A stretch of DNA of 64,000 nucleotides from Chiloscyllium plagiosum (GCF_004010195.1 NC_057718.1:43585970-43649969); one strand, 5' to 3'. Counted from the first letter of the stretch, positions 1 to 12,773 are shown. Translations and numbers: made by a program. Notes: generated by a model from the letters alone, not told the origin.

Positions 1-1249
1 ATATTTTTGTCTGTGCTTCCCAGAATAATTTAATGGTGCCCTTCCCCTTCTCCTACTCTATATCGGTCACCCTGTTGCCTCCAGCAACTGAGGCCAAGGA
101 GTGTGTGCTTGTACCTGTGTAGGAGATTCTCAACAGGTCGAGTCCCCAGAGGACACCTGCCAAAATCTTCAAAGTCACCAGCACATACAAGTCAGTGGGC
201 TTCCTCATCTCACGCTGCACCTAGATGTCGAACACACCTGATACATTTGGTGGCACTCGTTGTTCAATTATTGTATATAATCTGCACTGTTCTAAGTACC
301 TATTCGCATGCACTATTCTGACATCTGCTGTCATCTTTTTTACACCAGTCAGAGCAGAAAAGGTTCCCAGATGTGAAAGATGTGGATCATCTCCCACCAT
401 GAAAGTTTGTGATGTTTTACAATCACCGCACCTTTCTACCTCTTTATAATCAGGAAAAATGGGGAACTAGAGATTGTCTTCCTCAGCAGGACCCCATCTA
501 CCTATAAACTGGGGATTGGAGTCAAGAGCTCCAGATTACTCTCAGGGACACTGATGTTAACAATAATATCTCAGGAAGGAACCAGGGGCTGGGACATTCA
601 ATCAGTCAACCCTGCACACGCATCACCTGGGAGCAATGGCAAAATCTCTCATGGATCTACAGGCTCTCGGAGGGAAAGGTTTATCCGTGTCTGGGTCTCT
701 CAAAGCAGTGCTAGAAAATCAAAGGGTGTAAGGTTAGCAATGACCGCATTATAATGTCACAATATCAGAACTATGGAGTGGAGTGAAGGGAATAGACTTA
801 AATCTCATAATGGCAGAGCAGTGGATATGTCAATGAGATTACTCAGCATTGCAGAGTTACAGGAAATATTCATTGCATGCTACATCATTGCAGGGATAAT
901 AGGAGGGCAAGCCTATGCAACCAGGCTAATACCTAGACTTGAGCTGCCTGCAGCCTTGACAATACTATGGACAGACCCCAGAAACCCTCTGTTTATGTAT
1001 GATCCACTCCCTTCAAATGACCATGGTCTGTCCCTTAGATTGCATTTGCATGATCTCCCTGATTGATTGACTAGGCTTATTTTATTTGTCTTCCAGGACT
1101 GACTATGCCTCAATCCTCACTCTGAATTTGTGTCATTCATAGACTTAAACTGTATGAACTGCCTGATTGACAGTAGCCACTCCATCCACCCCCACCCTGC
1201 CATGTCAACTAGAAATGGCCCAGACCTTGGGCTGACTGTGTGTCTGTGA

Positions 1250-2004
1250 GTCGAAGAGTCTGATGCAGGAAAAGCACAACTGGTCAGACAGCATCGAGGA
1301 GCAGGACAGTCAATGTTTCAAGCATAAGCTCCTCCTCAAGAATGAGGGGGTGGCCCAAGGGGGGCTGAGAGAGAAATGGGAAGGGGGCGGGGCTAGGGGA
1401 AGGTAGCTGGGAATGCAATTGATAGATGAAGGTAGGGGTGAAGGTGATAGTTGGAGAAGAGAGTGGAGGGGAGGGTATGCCCGAAACGTCGATTCTCCTG
1501 TTCCCTGGATGCTGCCTGACCTGCTGCGCTTTTCCAGCAACACATTTCCAGCTCTGATCTCCAGCATCTGCAGACCTCACTTTCTCCTCCTAGGAAGGAA
1601 GATGGACAGGTAGGACAGTTCAAGAGGTCAGTGCCAAGATGAAAGATTGAATCTGGATAAGGTGGGTGGGGTGTGGGGGGAGGAGGAATGGGGAAACTGG
1701 TGAAACTCTTGAATTGTCCTTCCTGTCCATCTTCCTTCTGACCTGTCAGCTCCACCCTCCTCTCTGACCTATCACCTTCATCCCCACAGTCATCTACCAA
1801 TCACATTCCCAGCTACCTTCCCCCCCGGCCCGCCCCTCTCCTGTTTATCTCTCAGTCCCTTGGGCCACCCCTTTGTTCCTGATCAAGCACTTACACTTGA
1901 AGCATTGACTCACCTGCTCTTCAGATACTGCCTGACCGGTTCTGCTGTTCCAGGACCACACTCTTTGACTCTGATCTCCAGCATCTGTAGTCCTCACTTT
2001 CTCC
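1250..2004. mobile_element. Penelope-like 3'-end (pLTR) fold-back composite; a younger fragment is nested at ~1471-1590
   Basis: Inverted arms (~1250-1470 versus ~1760-1975) of the GGAGAAAGTGAGGACTGCAGATGCTGGAG family; flanked by ctgtgtg(t/a)ctgtga at 1236-1249 and 2005-2018. Confidence 0.75.
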
Positions 2005-3265
2005 CTGTGTGACTGTGACCCTGACTGATTGGATTCTACCTATGCCCACTCACCATGCTTCACTTTTCCCATTCTAATTCAACATTGTGTCTTTTAACAA
2101 AATCTACCTCCCCATTCCCTATTGCCACTTTACTGTTCCCTAAGCCACTAGTTGCTGTCTTGCCTTCAGCTCTAAATAGCCTCTGTGAGGTGGAAACTGT
2201 TGGCTGATCTTGTACGCTAAATTGTCTTCCTGAAAGAGAAACTGGTGTGATGCATTCCCGAGTTGTGTTCTCTGATAGCCCAGGGACACATCCTGCCTTT
2301 GTCCTCTTTCACACACCCATTGCAGCTGACGAGTTTACAACAAAAGTGAAAACAACAAAAATTGACAATGTTTTGGTAGAGGCAGTTGAAACAAAGAAAT
2401 CACCAAAATTAGACAAAGATCAAGTCACCAGGTACATACACACATGCTATCTGCAGCCAGGTTTCTGAAGTGTTGAGTATTTCCATTCTGCAGAATTATG
2501 AAGGCAAAGTTTATTTCAGCGAGTTGTGCAATTATTGAGATGAAAATGAATGCAGATAGGCTTCATACCACTCAATGGTGAAAAAAATCAACTTACCTTT
2601 TTGAAAAAGGAGAATCTACTTGCTAAAATCCAACTTGACGGTGAAATCTGATTTTTGGACTCTCACCTGACTGATTATTTCTGCCATTATTCTCGTCGCT
2701 TAAGGGAGGGGAAAGTCAAGCTTAGTGTTTATATTCGCAGATCCCAAGATGCCAAATGCTTTGCCAACCACTTTTTTGTTATGTTCTGCTACCTTCAAAG
2801 ATCAACACTTATGCAACGCCAGATTCCTGCACAATCTTTAGATCTGTGTCATTAGGTCTACCCCTGCCAAAAATGCATCATCTGATACTTAGTTTTCTTA
2901 ACTTCCATCTGCTGTTTGCCTTTCTATTCTGCTAACCTCTCCGTGTCATGATAGAGGTGGTTCATAACTCTCTCTATTTGCTGCATAGGGCAAAAATGAG
3001 AGCAGAGATGTTGTCCCATCTTCCCCCTAATGTAAGAGTCCAGGGCAAACTTGCCTGTGCTTTGTTTACTTGCCCTTCAGCCATTTTACTGATGTTGAGT
3101 TGTTTGTTGCTTTGAGGTGGGTCTTCAGTCTCTTTAGGGAGGACATCCCTCCTCCAAGAAATGACAGCCAGTCTGAAAGCTGGTAGTTCTTCAAAGTTTG
3201 TAAGAAGACTTGTAGCTCGGGTGCTCGTTGTTGTGGTTCTGTTCGCCGAGCTGGGAATTTGTGTT

Positions 3266-3305
3266 GCAGACGTTTCATCCCCTGTCTAGGTGACATCCTC
3301 AGTGC
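3266..3305 (-). ncRNA. Second copy of the Penelope hammerhead motif
   Basis: Reverse complement reads GCA-CTGAGGA-T-GTCACC-TAGACA-GGGGAT-GAAA-CGTC-TGC. Confidence 0.7.
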
Positions 3306-4781
3306 TTGGGAGCCTCCTGTGAAGCGCTTCTGTGATCTTTCCTCCGGCATTTGTAGTGGTTTGAATCTGCCTCTTCCGGTTGTCTGTTCCAGCTGTCCGT
3401 TGCAGTGGCCGATATATTGGGTCCAGGTCGAAGTGCTTATTGATTGAATCTGTGGATGAGTGTTATGCCTCTAGGAATTCCCTGGCTGTTCTCTGTTTGG
3501 CTTGTCCTATAATAGTAGTGTTGTCCCAGTCGAATTCATATTGCTTGTCATCTGCGTGTGTGGCTACTAAGGATAGCTGGTCGTGTCGTTTCGTGGCTAG
3601 TTGGTGTTCATGGATGCGGATCGTTAGCTGTCTTCCTGTTTGCCCTATGTAGTGTTTTGTGCAGTCCTTGCATGGGATCCTGTACACTACATTGGTTTTG
3701 CTCATGCTGGGTATCGGGTCCTTCATTCTGGTGAGTTGGTGTCTAAGAGTGGCTGTTGGTTTGTGTGCTGTTATGAGTCCTAGTGGTCGCAGTAATCTGG
3801 CTGTCAGTTCGGAAATGCTCTTGATGTATGGCAGTGTGGCTAGTCCTTTGGGTTGTGGCATGTCCTCGTTCCATTGTCTTTCCCTTAGGCATCTGTTGAT
3901 GAAATTGCGCGGGTATCTGTTTCTGGCGAATACATTGTATAGGTGTTCTTCTTCCTCTTTTTGCAGTTCTGGTGTACTGCAGTGTGTTGTGGCCCTTTTG
4001 AATAGTGTCTTGATGCAACTATTTTGTGTGTGTTGGGGTGGTTGCTTTCGTAGTTCAGGACTTGGTCTGTGTGTGTGGCTTTCCTGTATACCTTTGTGGT
4101 GAATTCTCCATTAGGTGTTCTCTGTACCATCATGTCTAGGAATGGGAGTTGGTTGTCCTTTTCTTCCTCTCTAGTCCTCTCTAGGACAACCAACTCCCAT
4201 TCCTAGACATGATGGTACAGAGAACACCTAACGGAGAATTCACCACAAAGGTATACAGGAAAGCCACACACACAGACCAAGTCCTAAACTATGAAAGCAA
4301 ACACCCCAACACACACAAAAGAAGTTGCATCAAGACACTATTCAAAAGGGCCACAACACACTGCGTGAAGATTTGTAGCTCGGGTGCTCGTTGTTGTGGT
4401 TCTGTTTGCCGAGCTGGGAATTTGTGTTGCAGATGTTTCGTCCCCTGTCTAGGTGACATTCTCAGTGCTTGGGAGCCTCCTGTGTAACGCTTCTGTGATG
4501 TTTCCTCCGACATTTATAGTGATTTGCATCTGCCAATGACAAGCAACATGAGTTCGAATGGGGCAACACTACTATTATAGGACATTCCAAACAGAGAACA
4601 GTTAGGGAATTCCTAGAGGCATGGCACTCATCCACAGATTCAATCAATAAGCACATTGACCTGGACCCAATATACCGGCCACTGCAGTGGACAGCTGGAA
4701 CTGACAACCAGAAGCGACAGATTCAAACCACTACAAATGCCGGAGGAAAGATCACAGAAGCGCTTCACAGGAGGCTCCCAA

Positions 4782-4821
4782 GCACTGAGGATGTCACCTA
4801 GACAGGGGACGAAACGTCTGC
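4782..4821 (+). ncRNA. Minimal type I hammerhead ribozyme motif of a Penelope-like element
   Basis: GCA-CTGAGGA-T-GTCACC(TAGACA)GGGGAC-GAAA-CG-TC-TGC: CUGAnGA and GAAA boxes, stem II, palindromic ACGT stem III, UH site ending at 4818, 3-bp stem I. Confidence 0.75.
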
Positions 4822-5779
4822 AACACAAATTCCCAGCTCGGCGAACAGAACCACAACAGCTGGTAGTTCTCTTGTCCCAGCACTGCAAGTTGAGCAATGG
4901 TTATTTGCGCTATGCCAGGTTATTCCTGCCGCAGGGAAAATCCCAGTAATAACTGGGAGGAAGAGGTTAAGAATTGGGGCAAACAGGGATGGATTGTTGA
5001 TGGGCATAGCACCACTGGCAGCTACCAAACATTACCTCCTCCACTGCTTGTCAACTGCAAGACTCCAATGTGTTTACTGAAAGGCAATTCTGGTTTCTAG
5101 TTGAACAGACAGACATTAATGTTCCAAACAATGTTACTCCTGCACTTAGAGTATTGTGATTCAGTAAGTTTTATTTTCAAGATTACTGCTATCAAAACAA
5201 GCAATGTTGTTTAACAACTTGCAAAGGAAGAAGGAAAGCTGATAGAATTGGAACATCAATTGACCAAGATCTAATTGAATGATACAGTCGGCTTTGGGGT
5301 GGAAGTATCCATTGGTACTCAATGTTTCAAAACTTCTTGTCACTTGATTTTCTAACCCGTAGGTTTGGCCAATAGTGTAACATGAACTGCTGTTAGTTTT
5401 GGTCAAGGGACAGGATATCATGGTTAATAGTTTAACCATGGATGATTTAATTCCTCTCCACCCTTCCCCCATTACAAATTCTGATGCTAAAGAACTACCT
5501 TTATTCATTTACAGATGTAGTCCAGATCAATCTTCATCCATGATTCTCATAGAATCTAGAATCCAAGTATTGTACTGATACTTGTATTCTTGTAAGAGCA
5601 TGGATTTGTTTGTATATCTTACAAATCAATAAACTAATTGCTGAAATGTTTCGATCAATTGAAACAGAAAACCACACAAAGCCATTAGTCTTGAGCATCA
5701 TTAAAGGTTACCTGTTACTGAATGTATAGATATACCTCCTATCATACAAGATGATAAAATCAATGCATGACATTTTAAT

Positions 5780-6345
5780 AAGCCACCTTGCTGAAATGCC
5801 AACATTTCTGACCTGGGCTAGTTTCCACATTCCAAACAAACTCAGTGCAAACTTGAGGAACAATACACCATTTTCTGCTTTGGCTCTGTATAGCCTCTAT
5901 TCATAATATTACATTCCATAACTTCAGAACCTGAGTGCAGGATGTCAGTTCTCATATGTTCTTCCTACCCCCTCTGCACCTCCACAGCTTCTGTCTTATT
6001 TATTTAGTTCTCAGTAGAGAACTCATTCTCTTACTTGCACAGCTTAATTTACATCCATTTTACCTCTCTCTTTCTCTTTCACTACCACTGACAATGTTTT
6101 TGCAATGGATCTCCACACTACCTCTCCCCTCCACCCTTGCCTCTGGAGAAGCAGCCCTGAAATGCAACATAGCTCACTCCTGTCCCTATTTTCTATGTAT
6201 CTCTGAGAAATGTATATACATCAAGACATTTTCCAACCCCTTTCAGTCCTGAAGAAGATTCAGATCAGACTTGAAGCATTAACTCTGTTTTTGTGTCAGA
6301 TGCTACCAGACTTGTTGAGTTTCTTCAACATTTTCTGTATTTGTT
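5780..6345 (+). mobile_element. Old Penelope-like 3' fragment
   Basis: tgcaaacttgaggaacaatacaccattttc reads CKLEEQYTIF, like the PLE endonuclease tail RKLEEQHLIFRLG. It is followed by ctgaagaag... and the cagatgct..agacttgttgagtttct tail. Boundaries approximate. Confidence 0.6.
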
Positions 6346-7388
6346 TGTGATAAATCAATTGTTTATTTATTAATTTTGTATGTCTAAAGTGCAGAATCTC
6401 AAGAAATAGGCCTCTGATTGGTTGCCAAGGAATTTTAGCCAAGATTTCATTGTTTGTGTTAATGAAGGGCATATACATTCAGTTAACATTGTTCAGAACA
6501 CCTTAGCCTCCTCATAGATGATCTTGAGAAGTATGTAGGGAAGACATTTGAATATTATATAAGCTACTAATCTACTCAAGATGCAGCAGTTTATTTTTAG
6601 TCAATGTAATGTATTGTGTGTATAGAATATAATTTGTTCAAGTAAAGCTCTTGTGGTGCAGTGATAGAATCTCTACTTCTGAGCCAAGAGACCCAGGTTT
6701 GGGTCCTGCCTGCTCCAGAGGTGTTGACTAGTGTTTATTTGTAAAATATGTAATTTGTTCACTATATCAAAATATGAGGCATTATCATAAGTAAGCTTTT
6801 ACAATTGACTTCAATGAAAATAAAAATCAAAAGAGATGTAATTTGGACTGTCAACCAGATATCACTCACTTTATCTGCAAAGTCATGATTTACTTTGTTG
6901 AGTTTGCAAATGCTTTATTGGTTGTTTTATACTGCAATAACAAAGTTTTGCTCTAAAGGTATCAAAACCTGCAGGATATTTTAGACCTCAGCGAATGTCT
7001 TTGTCTTGGACTCTCTCCCTCAATCAATAATAAACATTAAGATTTAATTAAATGAAGAGAAAGAATGAAACATTATAGAGGATTTTTTTATATTTGCATG
7101 GATGAAATATTTGTGAAAAGTTGGAATTACCATTCTTGAGTATATACTTTCCTTATTTATGCCTTCAATTTCATAGTTTAACATTGTTTTCTTTGTTTCT
7201 ATTTTCATTTGCTGAAATACTTTCTGTTTCATGTGAATGGAGTTTTGTGGTCTTTCTCTTCCTACCGTTCATTTCTCTTTCTCTCTATTCTCCTTTCTGG
7301 CTGACATTTTTGTTAGAAATATAGAAAAACAAATCATTGTAGCTATCATCTGCTTCCACTCATCCCAGCATATTTTTAATCTCTTTAG

Positions 7389-7584
7389 ATTGGAGGCCAG
7401 TGTAAATGCAAGAGATGCATGTCTGGCAGACAGTGTAATCAGTGCCAGGATGGATTCTATAATCTGCGCTTCTCAGACCCTGATGGCTGCATTCCTTGTA
7501 ACTGTAATACCTTTGGGACAGTGAATGGAGATATTACCTGTCACCAAAATTCAGGTCAATGCAAGTGCAAAGCAAATGTTATCA
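7389..7584 (+). CDS. USH2A: USH2A exon 12 homolog, open and intact (laminin-EGF); whether it is still translated is unknown
   Basis: ctctttag|ATT...ATC A|gtaggt; 196 nt. Translates IGGQCKCKRCMSGRQCNQCQDGFYNLRFSDPDGCIPCNCNTFGTVNGDITCHQNSGQCKCKANVI versus recalled human IGGQCNCKRHVSGRQCNQCQNGFYNLQELDPDGCSPCNCNTSGTVDGDITCHQNSGQCKCKANVI. Confidence 0.93.
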
Positions 7585-9540
7585 GTAGGTGAAATATAAG
7601 ATTTTGTGTATCATATCCTGCTGGTTATGAATTTGACCCTAAGTTTGTCAGTCACTAACCATTCTTATGAAGAAATTAAACAAATGTTTGCTAAACATCT
7701 CAGACACATATGAAAGGTTATAATTATCTGATGTATTCTGAACACACAAGTCATCTATATAATTGCCTTTAAAGTCCAGTTTAAAGTACTATTTCAAACG
7801 ATTTGCATGCGGTGAGGTACTTTATGATAAATCTTTTCATTCTGTTACTATATGCCTTTGAACAATTCTTATGAAACGCAAGAGACTTATCTTTACTTCA
7901 AAGATCATACGTATGTGGTTAGTTATCAAGGGCCAGATAATTTTAATTTTGCAATTCACTGCCAAGTTGATTATAACAAACTACCATATTCTCTGTTATT
8001 TATCATGTTTTTGTGATACTTGCTTTTATGTTTTGCGGTTCCCACTGGTATTTTCAGAAATTAGATTTGATTAAAGCAATTTGTTACCTGCAACTTACTG
8101 GAAGGTAGTAACAGCTACATGGGGCAAAATTTATCAAGTGCTCAAAATACATTGTGTGTATAATGCACTTTGAAATTTTGATGTATGGGAATATTATGCA
8201 GGGAGCATTCCTGATAAAGTGTGCTTTGCATTGTAGCAGAACGTGTCCCAGTCCATACATATGGATCAAAAAAATTTACCATTTCATTTGCATAGCAGTT
8301 AGCTTTAAATGCTGTTTCTAAAATAGTCCCTGATTAAAGCTAATGTGGATTGTAATGAACAACATTAAGCAACAGTGCAGAGATGTGAAGAAGACTTATG
8401 AAATGTGATCGGGTTTGATGTTGAAGGATATTTGATAACCTTTTCTGCTACACTGGAAAATCTTTATTGCTATTATTATTTCTACCTTTGTTATCAAGCT
8501 GAGCTCCAGAAATAGAATTTGATAAAGCTAGTAATGGCTGAATTATATTCTTGGTGATCCACTGCTGTTTTGAACCTTATATCCATTATCATCATTGTTG
8601 TTTCCTTGTTATTCATAAAAAGAACTTCATAACACCATTACATTTTGAAGTATGTGGTACAAGAGTGGTGCACAAGAGGTTGATTTTTACTACAGTTAAT
8701 ATGGTTGTACAATTGTGTTGTAAATGAATTATTCAATACAAAGAAATTTGTAAAGTAGGTCACTTATCTAGAATAAAAAGTGACAGGTAGAGATTGTGCC
8801 TTAAATGCCTAATGGATCTGGAAACCTCTCCCTACTTTCTTGTTAACCCTGTAAGAAACTGAACGCGATGCCCTGTAGGCTTTGCTCAGTAACGCTGGAG
8901 ACAGATTAGCTGTCATGAACATGCATGACAAATTCAAATAAGTGCTATGTATATTTTTAGAAATGATGAGGTGAATCCCTCTAGACTGATTTTAATAGTT
9001 TGGAATGAGTCATAACTCTTTTCACAATACAGTTACTTTAAAATTTGTAGTGTTGCTGGTACTTTTATTTTTCTTACTGAAATTAAATGTTATGCCTTAG
9101 GTAAGTCATCAATCATAGTGCAAGCAGTTGCTTTCTGCTGAACTTCTTACTGCATTTTTATTCTAGTGTAATATATTATTTCACATACCATGTTTTCAAG
9201 TGTAACAGATTTTTGCATTTTTGAGATAATGGAAATAAATTTAACCTGTTGGATGTCTATACTAACTGAAGGCAATGTTAATCAGATGCATAGGAAACTA
9301 CACTTAAAATTGTAACTTATGTTTTTTTTACTGTTTCATTTCTGTTGGTAGATTCACAGATATAATTCTAAAAGGTTCCTAGAATAACAGTTGCTCCATT
9401 TAAAACATTTTTGAGAATATATGCAATTAATATTTGAACATTAAAAATTTATACCGCCAAAATTCACATATGAGCAAGCATGATTGATTTCTAATTTTCA
9501 TTTTTATTATTTATTGTTTTGCATTTTAAACTTCTTTCAG

Positions 9541-10186
9541 GAATAAAATATCAACAGTGCAACTTTGGCATCAAACTACCGAACAGTTCACATTCAGACA
9601 AATGTGAACCAGGTAACTGCAATATTAATGGTTCTGCAAACCAGATCTGTACTCCCTTGCAGTGGACAGTGTAACTGCAAGGCAAACATCAAAGGATTTC
9701 AATGTGACACTTGCATTGGGTAATTTCTGTGGACTCGATGCAGGTGACTGTGAGGCTTGTGAGTGTGACTCAGCAGTATCAGTCCTTGGATTCATAAATG
9801 ACTCGAAAACAGGTCAGCGTGTTTGCAAACCTAACATTGAACTACAGTGGTGTGACATTTGCCGAGATGGCTATTACAATCTATGTTCAAGTAACTCCTT
9901 GGCCTGTTTACCTTGAAATTGTGACAAAGCAGGTACACTAAATAGATCAAGTGGTTGTGATAAATCCACAAGCCAATGTCTATGTAAGACCAATGTTACA
10001 GATCTACATTGTGACCAGTGTATTCCTCATACCTTTAACATGAGCTCATCTAATTTGAAAGCAGTCATTGGTGTAACTGTGATTCTATAGGGGCAGTGGA
10101 AGGAATGGTCTATGACCAAAAAGCAGCAGCCAGTGTTTTTTGCCAACTGAATTTCCATGGAAGACAGGGTGACCAGTGTAGACCAG
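9541..10186 (+). pseudogene. USH2A: USH2A exon 13 remnant (laminin-EGF repeats), disabled
   Basis: Acceptor ctttcag ends at 9540. Peptide blocks CNFGIK..CEPGNCNINGSANQIC / SGQCNCKANIKGFQCDTC / NFCGLDAGDCEACECD..CLP*NCDKAGTLN..HGRQGDQCRP. Frameshifts near 9660 (+1), 9721 (+1), 10061 (-1) and 10122-10140; TGA at 9914-9916; donor reads ttaagt. 646 nt versus recalled 642. Confidence 0.93.
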
Positions 10187-10384
10187 TTAAGTGCAAATAT
10201 AGTATTGCAGATGGATCAGTTTGCTGATAAAGTGATTGATACATTGAATTTAAGACCTAATATAATGAGTGAGTGAAAAATTCTGGTACTGAGGCAATGT
10301 TTTTTGCAGACCTCTTTCAGATGTGAATACAGTAATCTCCAGTGTTCTTGGATTACTGATAAGACGTAATATATATAAAAAAAA

Positions 10385-11990
10385 ACAAATACTGCAGATA
10401 CTGGAGATCTGAAATTGGAATTAAAAATGCTGAAAAGATTCAACAGACCAGGCAGCATCTTTGGAGAGAAAGAGAGTTCATGTTTTGGATTGATGGCCTT
10501 TGGAGCAGAGTTGAAGGAAGATAGAAATATAAGAGATTTTAGAATAGCAAAGGTGGAAGGGACAAGAGACAAAAAGGAGAAGATGTGTACTAAATTGGAG
10601 ACCAAGCGATACTAAATAACAAAAGATATCACAATCCAATAGTCAAAGAGAGTGCCCTATGGATGTAGCAAAGGAACAATGGTGTCCAAGTGAGGTGTGT
10701 CTTGCAACATTTAGAAAATCTGAATGCAAGATGAAGGGATAAAATGATCAGACAAGACCAACCCAAAAAACAAAAAGAGAGAAAATTAAAAGGACAAAAT
10801 GGAGCCAGAGTTTATGATCTAGCTGTTGAACATAATGTTGAGTTCAGAGGCTGTAGAGTGCCAAGTCAAAAGATAAGGTGCTGTTCCTTGAACTTGCATT
10901 GACATTCAGTGGAACACCATAGACAAAAAGGTTTTGAGAGCAAGATTTAGAATGAAAGTGATAAACATCATATACTTGGGATCTTGCTCACAACTGAATG
11001 AAATGTTCGATGGAGCAGTCCCGGAGTCTATGCTTGGTTACCTCAGTGTGGAAAGGTGCTCATCATGAACAGCAAATACAGTATAATAATTGAAAGGAAT
11101 GCAAGAACATTGCAGTTTCACTTGGACATGTGTTTTGAACCTTGGACAATGAGACGGGAGGAAGGTGTTGATCTTTTACTCTTGCATGGAAAGGTGCTGT
11201 AGGAAAGAGATGGGATTTTATAGGTTACTGAAGAGTGGACTACGATGTCATGGAGGGAATGCTGAATCAAGAAGGTGGATGAAAATGTGCTTGTATCATG
11301 CTGAGGTTAGTAGAAAATGCTGCTTTGAACACAGGCTGTGAGGTGGAGATTGAGAATAAGGTCACCCCTATTATGGTTTGAGAAGAAAGAAGAGTGTCAA
11401 GACTAAAAGTGCATGGAATGGATTTGACATGATGGAAGGTACTGCCAATCATATTGGGTAAGAATCCTCTGCTGAGGGAAAAGAAGAGATATTGGAAGAG
11501 CTGATGCAGGAGGTCGCATTATTGAGACAGATGCTGCAGATGTAGAGAAATAAGGAGAATGAAATGGAGCCATTACAAGAAGCAGATTGTAAGGAAATAT
11601 AGTCTGTGGCATTTTAATGAACATTTTATAGATCACTCAGTTCCAGAAATGGAGACAAGAAGTTGAGGTAAGGAAGAGTCTGAGATGGACCAGCTGAAGT
11701 TGAGGGAAGGATGTAAATTGACAACAAAGCCAACCAAAGTCTCCACTTCATAGTTAGAGCAAGAGTTGGAACTGATTAAGTCATCAATGTACAGAAAAGG
11801 GGGATGAGAGAGGGGGCTGAATATAGGGCTGGAATAATGAATGTTCCATATATCCATAAAAATAAAGCAGACATTTCTGCAATTCATGCAGGTACCTAGT
11901 GCAGTGTTTTTATTTGGAGGCAGTTAAAGGAATAAATCCACCAGATATGAGATTAATGACGGTTCTGGTCACAATGTCTTGATATATGGT
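10385..11990 (-). mobile_element. Decayed Penelope-like element (RT to 3' end)
   Basis: ORF 11633-11887 has FLYIDD..NLHPSLNFSWSISDSSLP (PLE RT C-terminus). Terminal aaatactgcagatactggagatctgaaa at ~10387. Confidence 0.75.
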
Positions 11991-12656
11991 AGCGGGCTTT
12001 TTCCTCAATATTTGTTTGTACAAGTAAATTATATAACTTTTGAATATGTGTAACTTGTGTGAAAATGCTGAATATGTTTTATAATTGCTATTTTTGATTT
12101 CTACTAAAGTATCCAATGTAATTTAAATTCATAAATTTCCTTGTCATAAATGCACCCAACCACAGTTAAGTGATGTGTCAACCGAATCCAGAAATATGTG
12201 CACATTCAGGAATATACAGTTTAAGGACAATTCTGGAGCATTCTGCCTGACTTGCACATTGGTGAACAAAACAAATATTATACTGCTAAGCAACCCAATC
12301 TCTGTTAATAATGCACATTGTAACTATGCAAAGTGTTAAAAGTAATAGCCAAAATAAATAGCTAACTAATTCAAGGGCAATGGCTGAAGGGAATGGCGTA
12401 TAAGCATATATTAAGGTTTGGCACTGGTGCTATCAGCACAATAGTCTCTTTCAATCCTGCATGACATAACTATTCTGTTCAGCATGAAATTTGCATTCAT
12501 TTGGCCTGTCAACTGGGTGCCATTTATATATGGAATGCTATCTGCAGTGTGCACGAGGTCATTTTTTTTGTGATAAGTATTACTTTTTTAGGCAGTCTGT
12601 TCAGCTCAAAGATGACTTGGCTCTACTTCCACTCCTATGTCTTATGGTCTTATAAT

Positions 12657-12773
12657 TAAGGGATACAGGGAGAGTGCGGGTAAGTGGGGTTGAAATGCCC
12701 ATCAGCCATGATTGAATGACTTGATGGGCCAAATGGCTTTACTTCCATTCCTATTTCTTATGGTCTTATGGTC
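12657..12773 (+). mobile_element. CR1-type LINE 3' tail
   Basis: aagggatacaggggagagtgcgggtaagtgggg..atcagccatgattgaatg..gggccaaatggc..cttatggtcttatg. Confidence 0.65.

Larger units (their letters stand above)
3191..4857. mobile_element. Penelope-like retroelement, 5'-truncated and internally inverted (RT C-terminus plus GIY-YIG endonuclease)
   Basis: Minus-strand ORF 3463-3861 has VVYRIPCKDCTKHYIGQTGRQLTIRIHEH (GIY-YIG). LPFLD..VYRKATHTDQVLNYESNHP is the PLE RT tail. 13-bp TSD agctggtagttct at 3178-3190 and 4858-4870. Confidence 0.93.

Noticed and set aside
100..1200. Possible Harbinger-derived relic
   Set aside because: Only a vague resemblance to 39800-40500; no diagnostic motif.
1..7388. 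USH2A exon 11 or earlier exons
   Set aside because: No GRNCELC/DVCKPCDC-like peptide found by eye; probably upstream of the window.
8911..8930. Short palindrome tgtcatg-aacatg-catgaca
   Set aside because: A 7-bp stem is within chance expectation.
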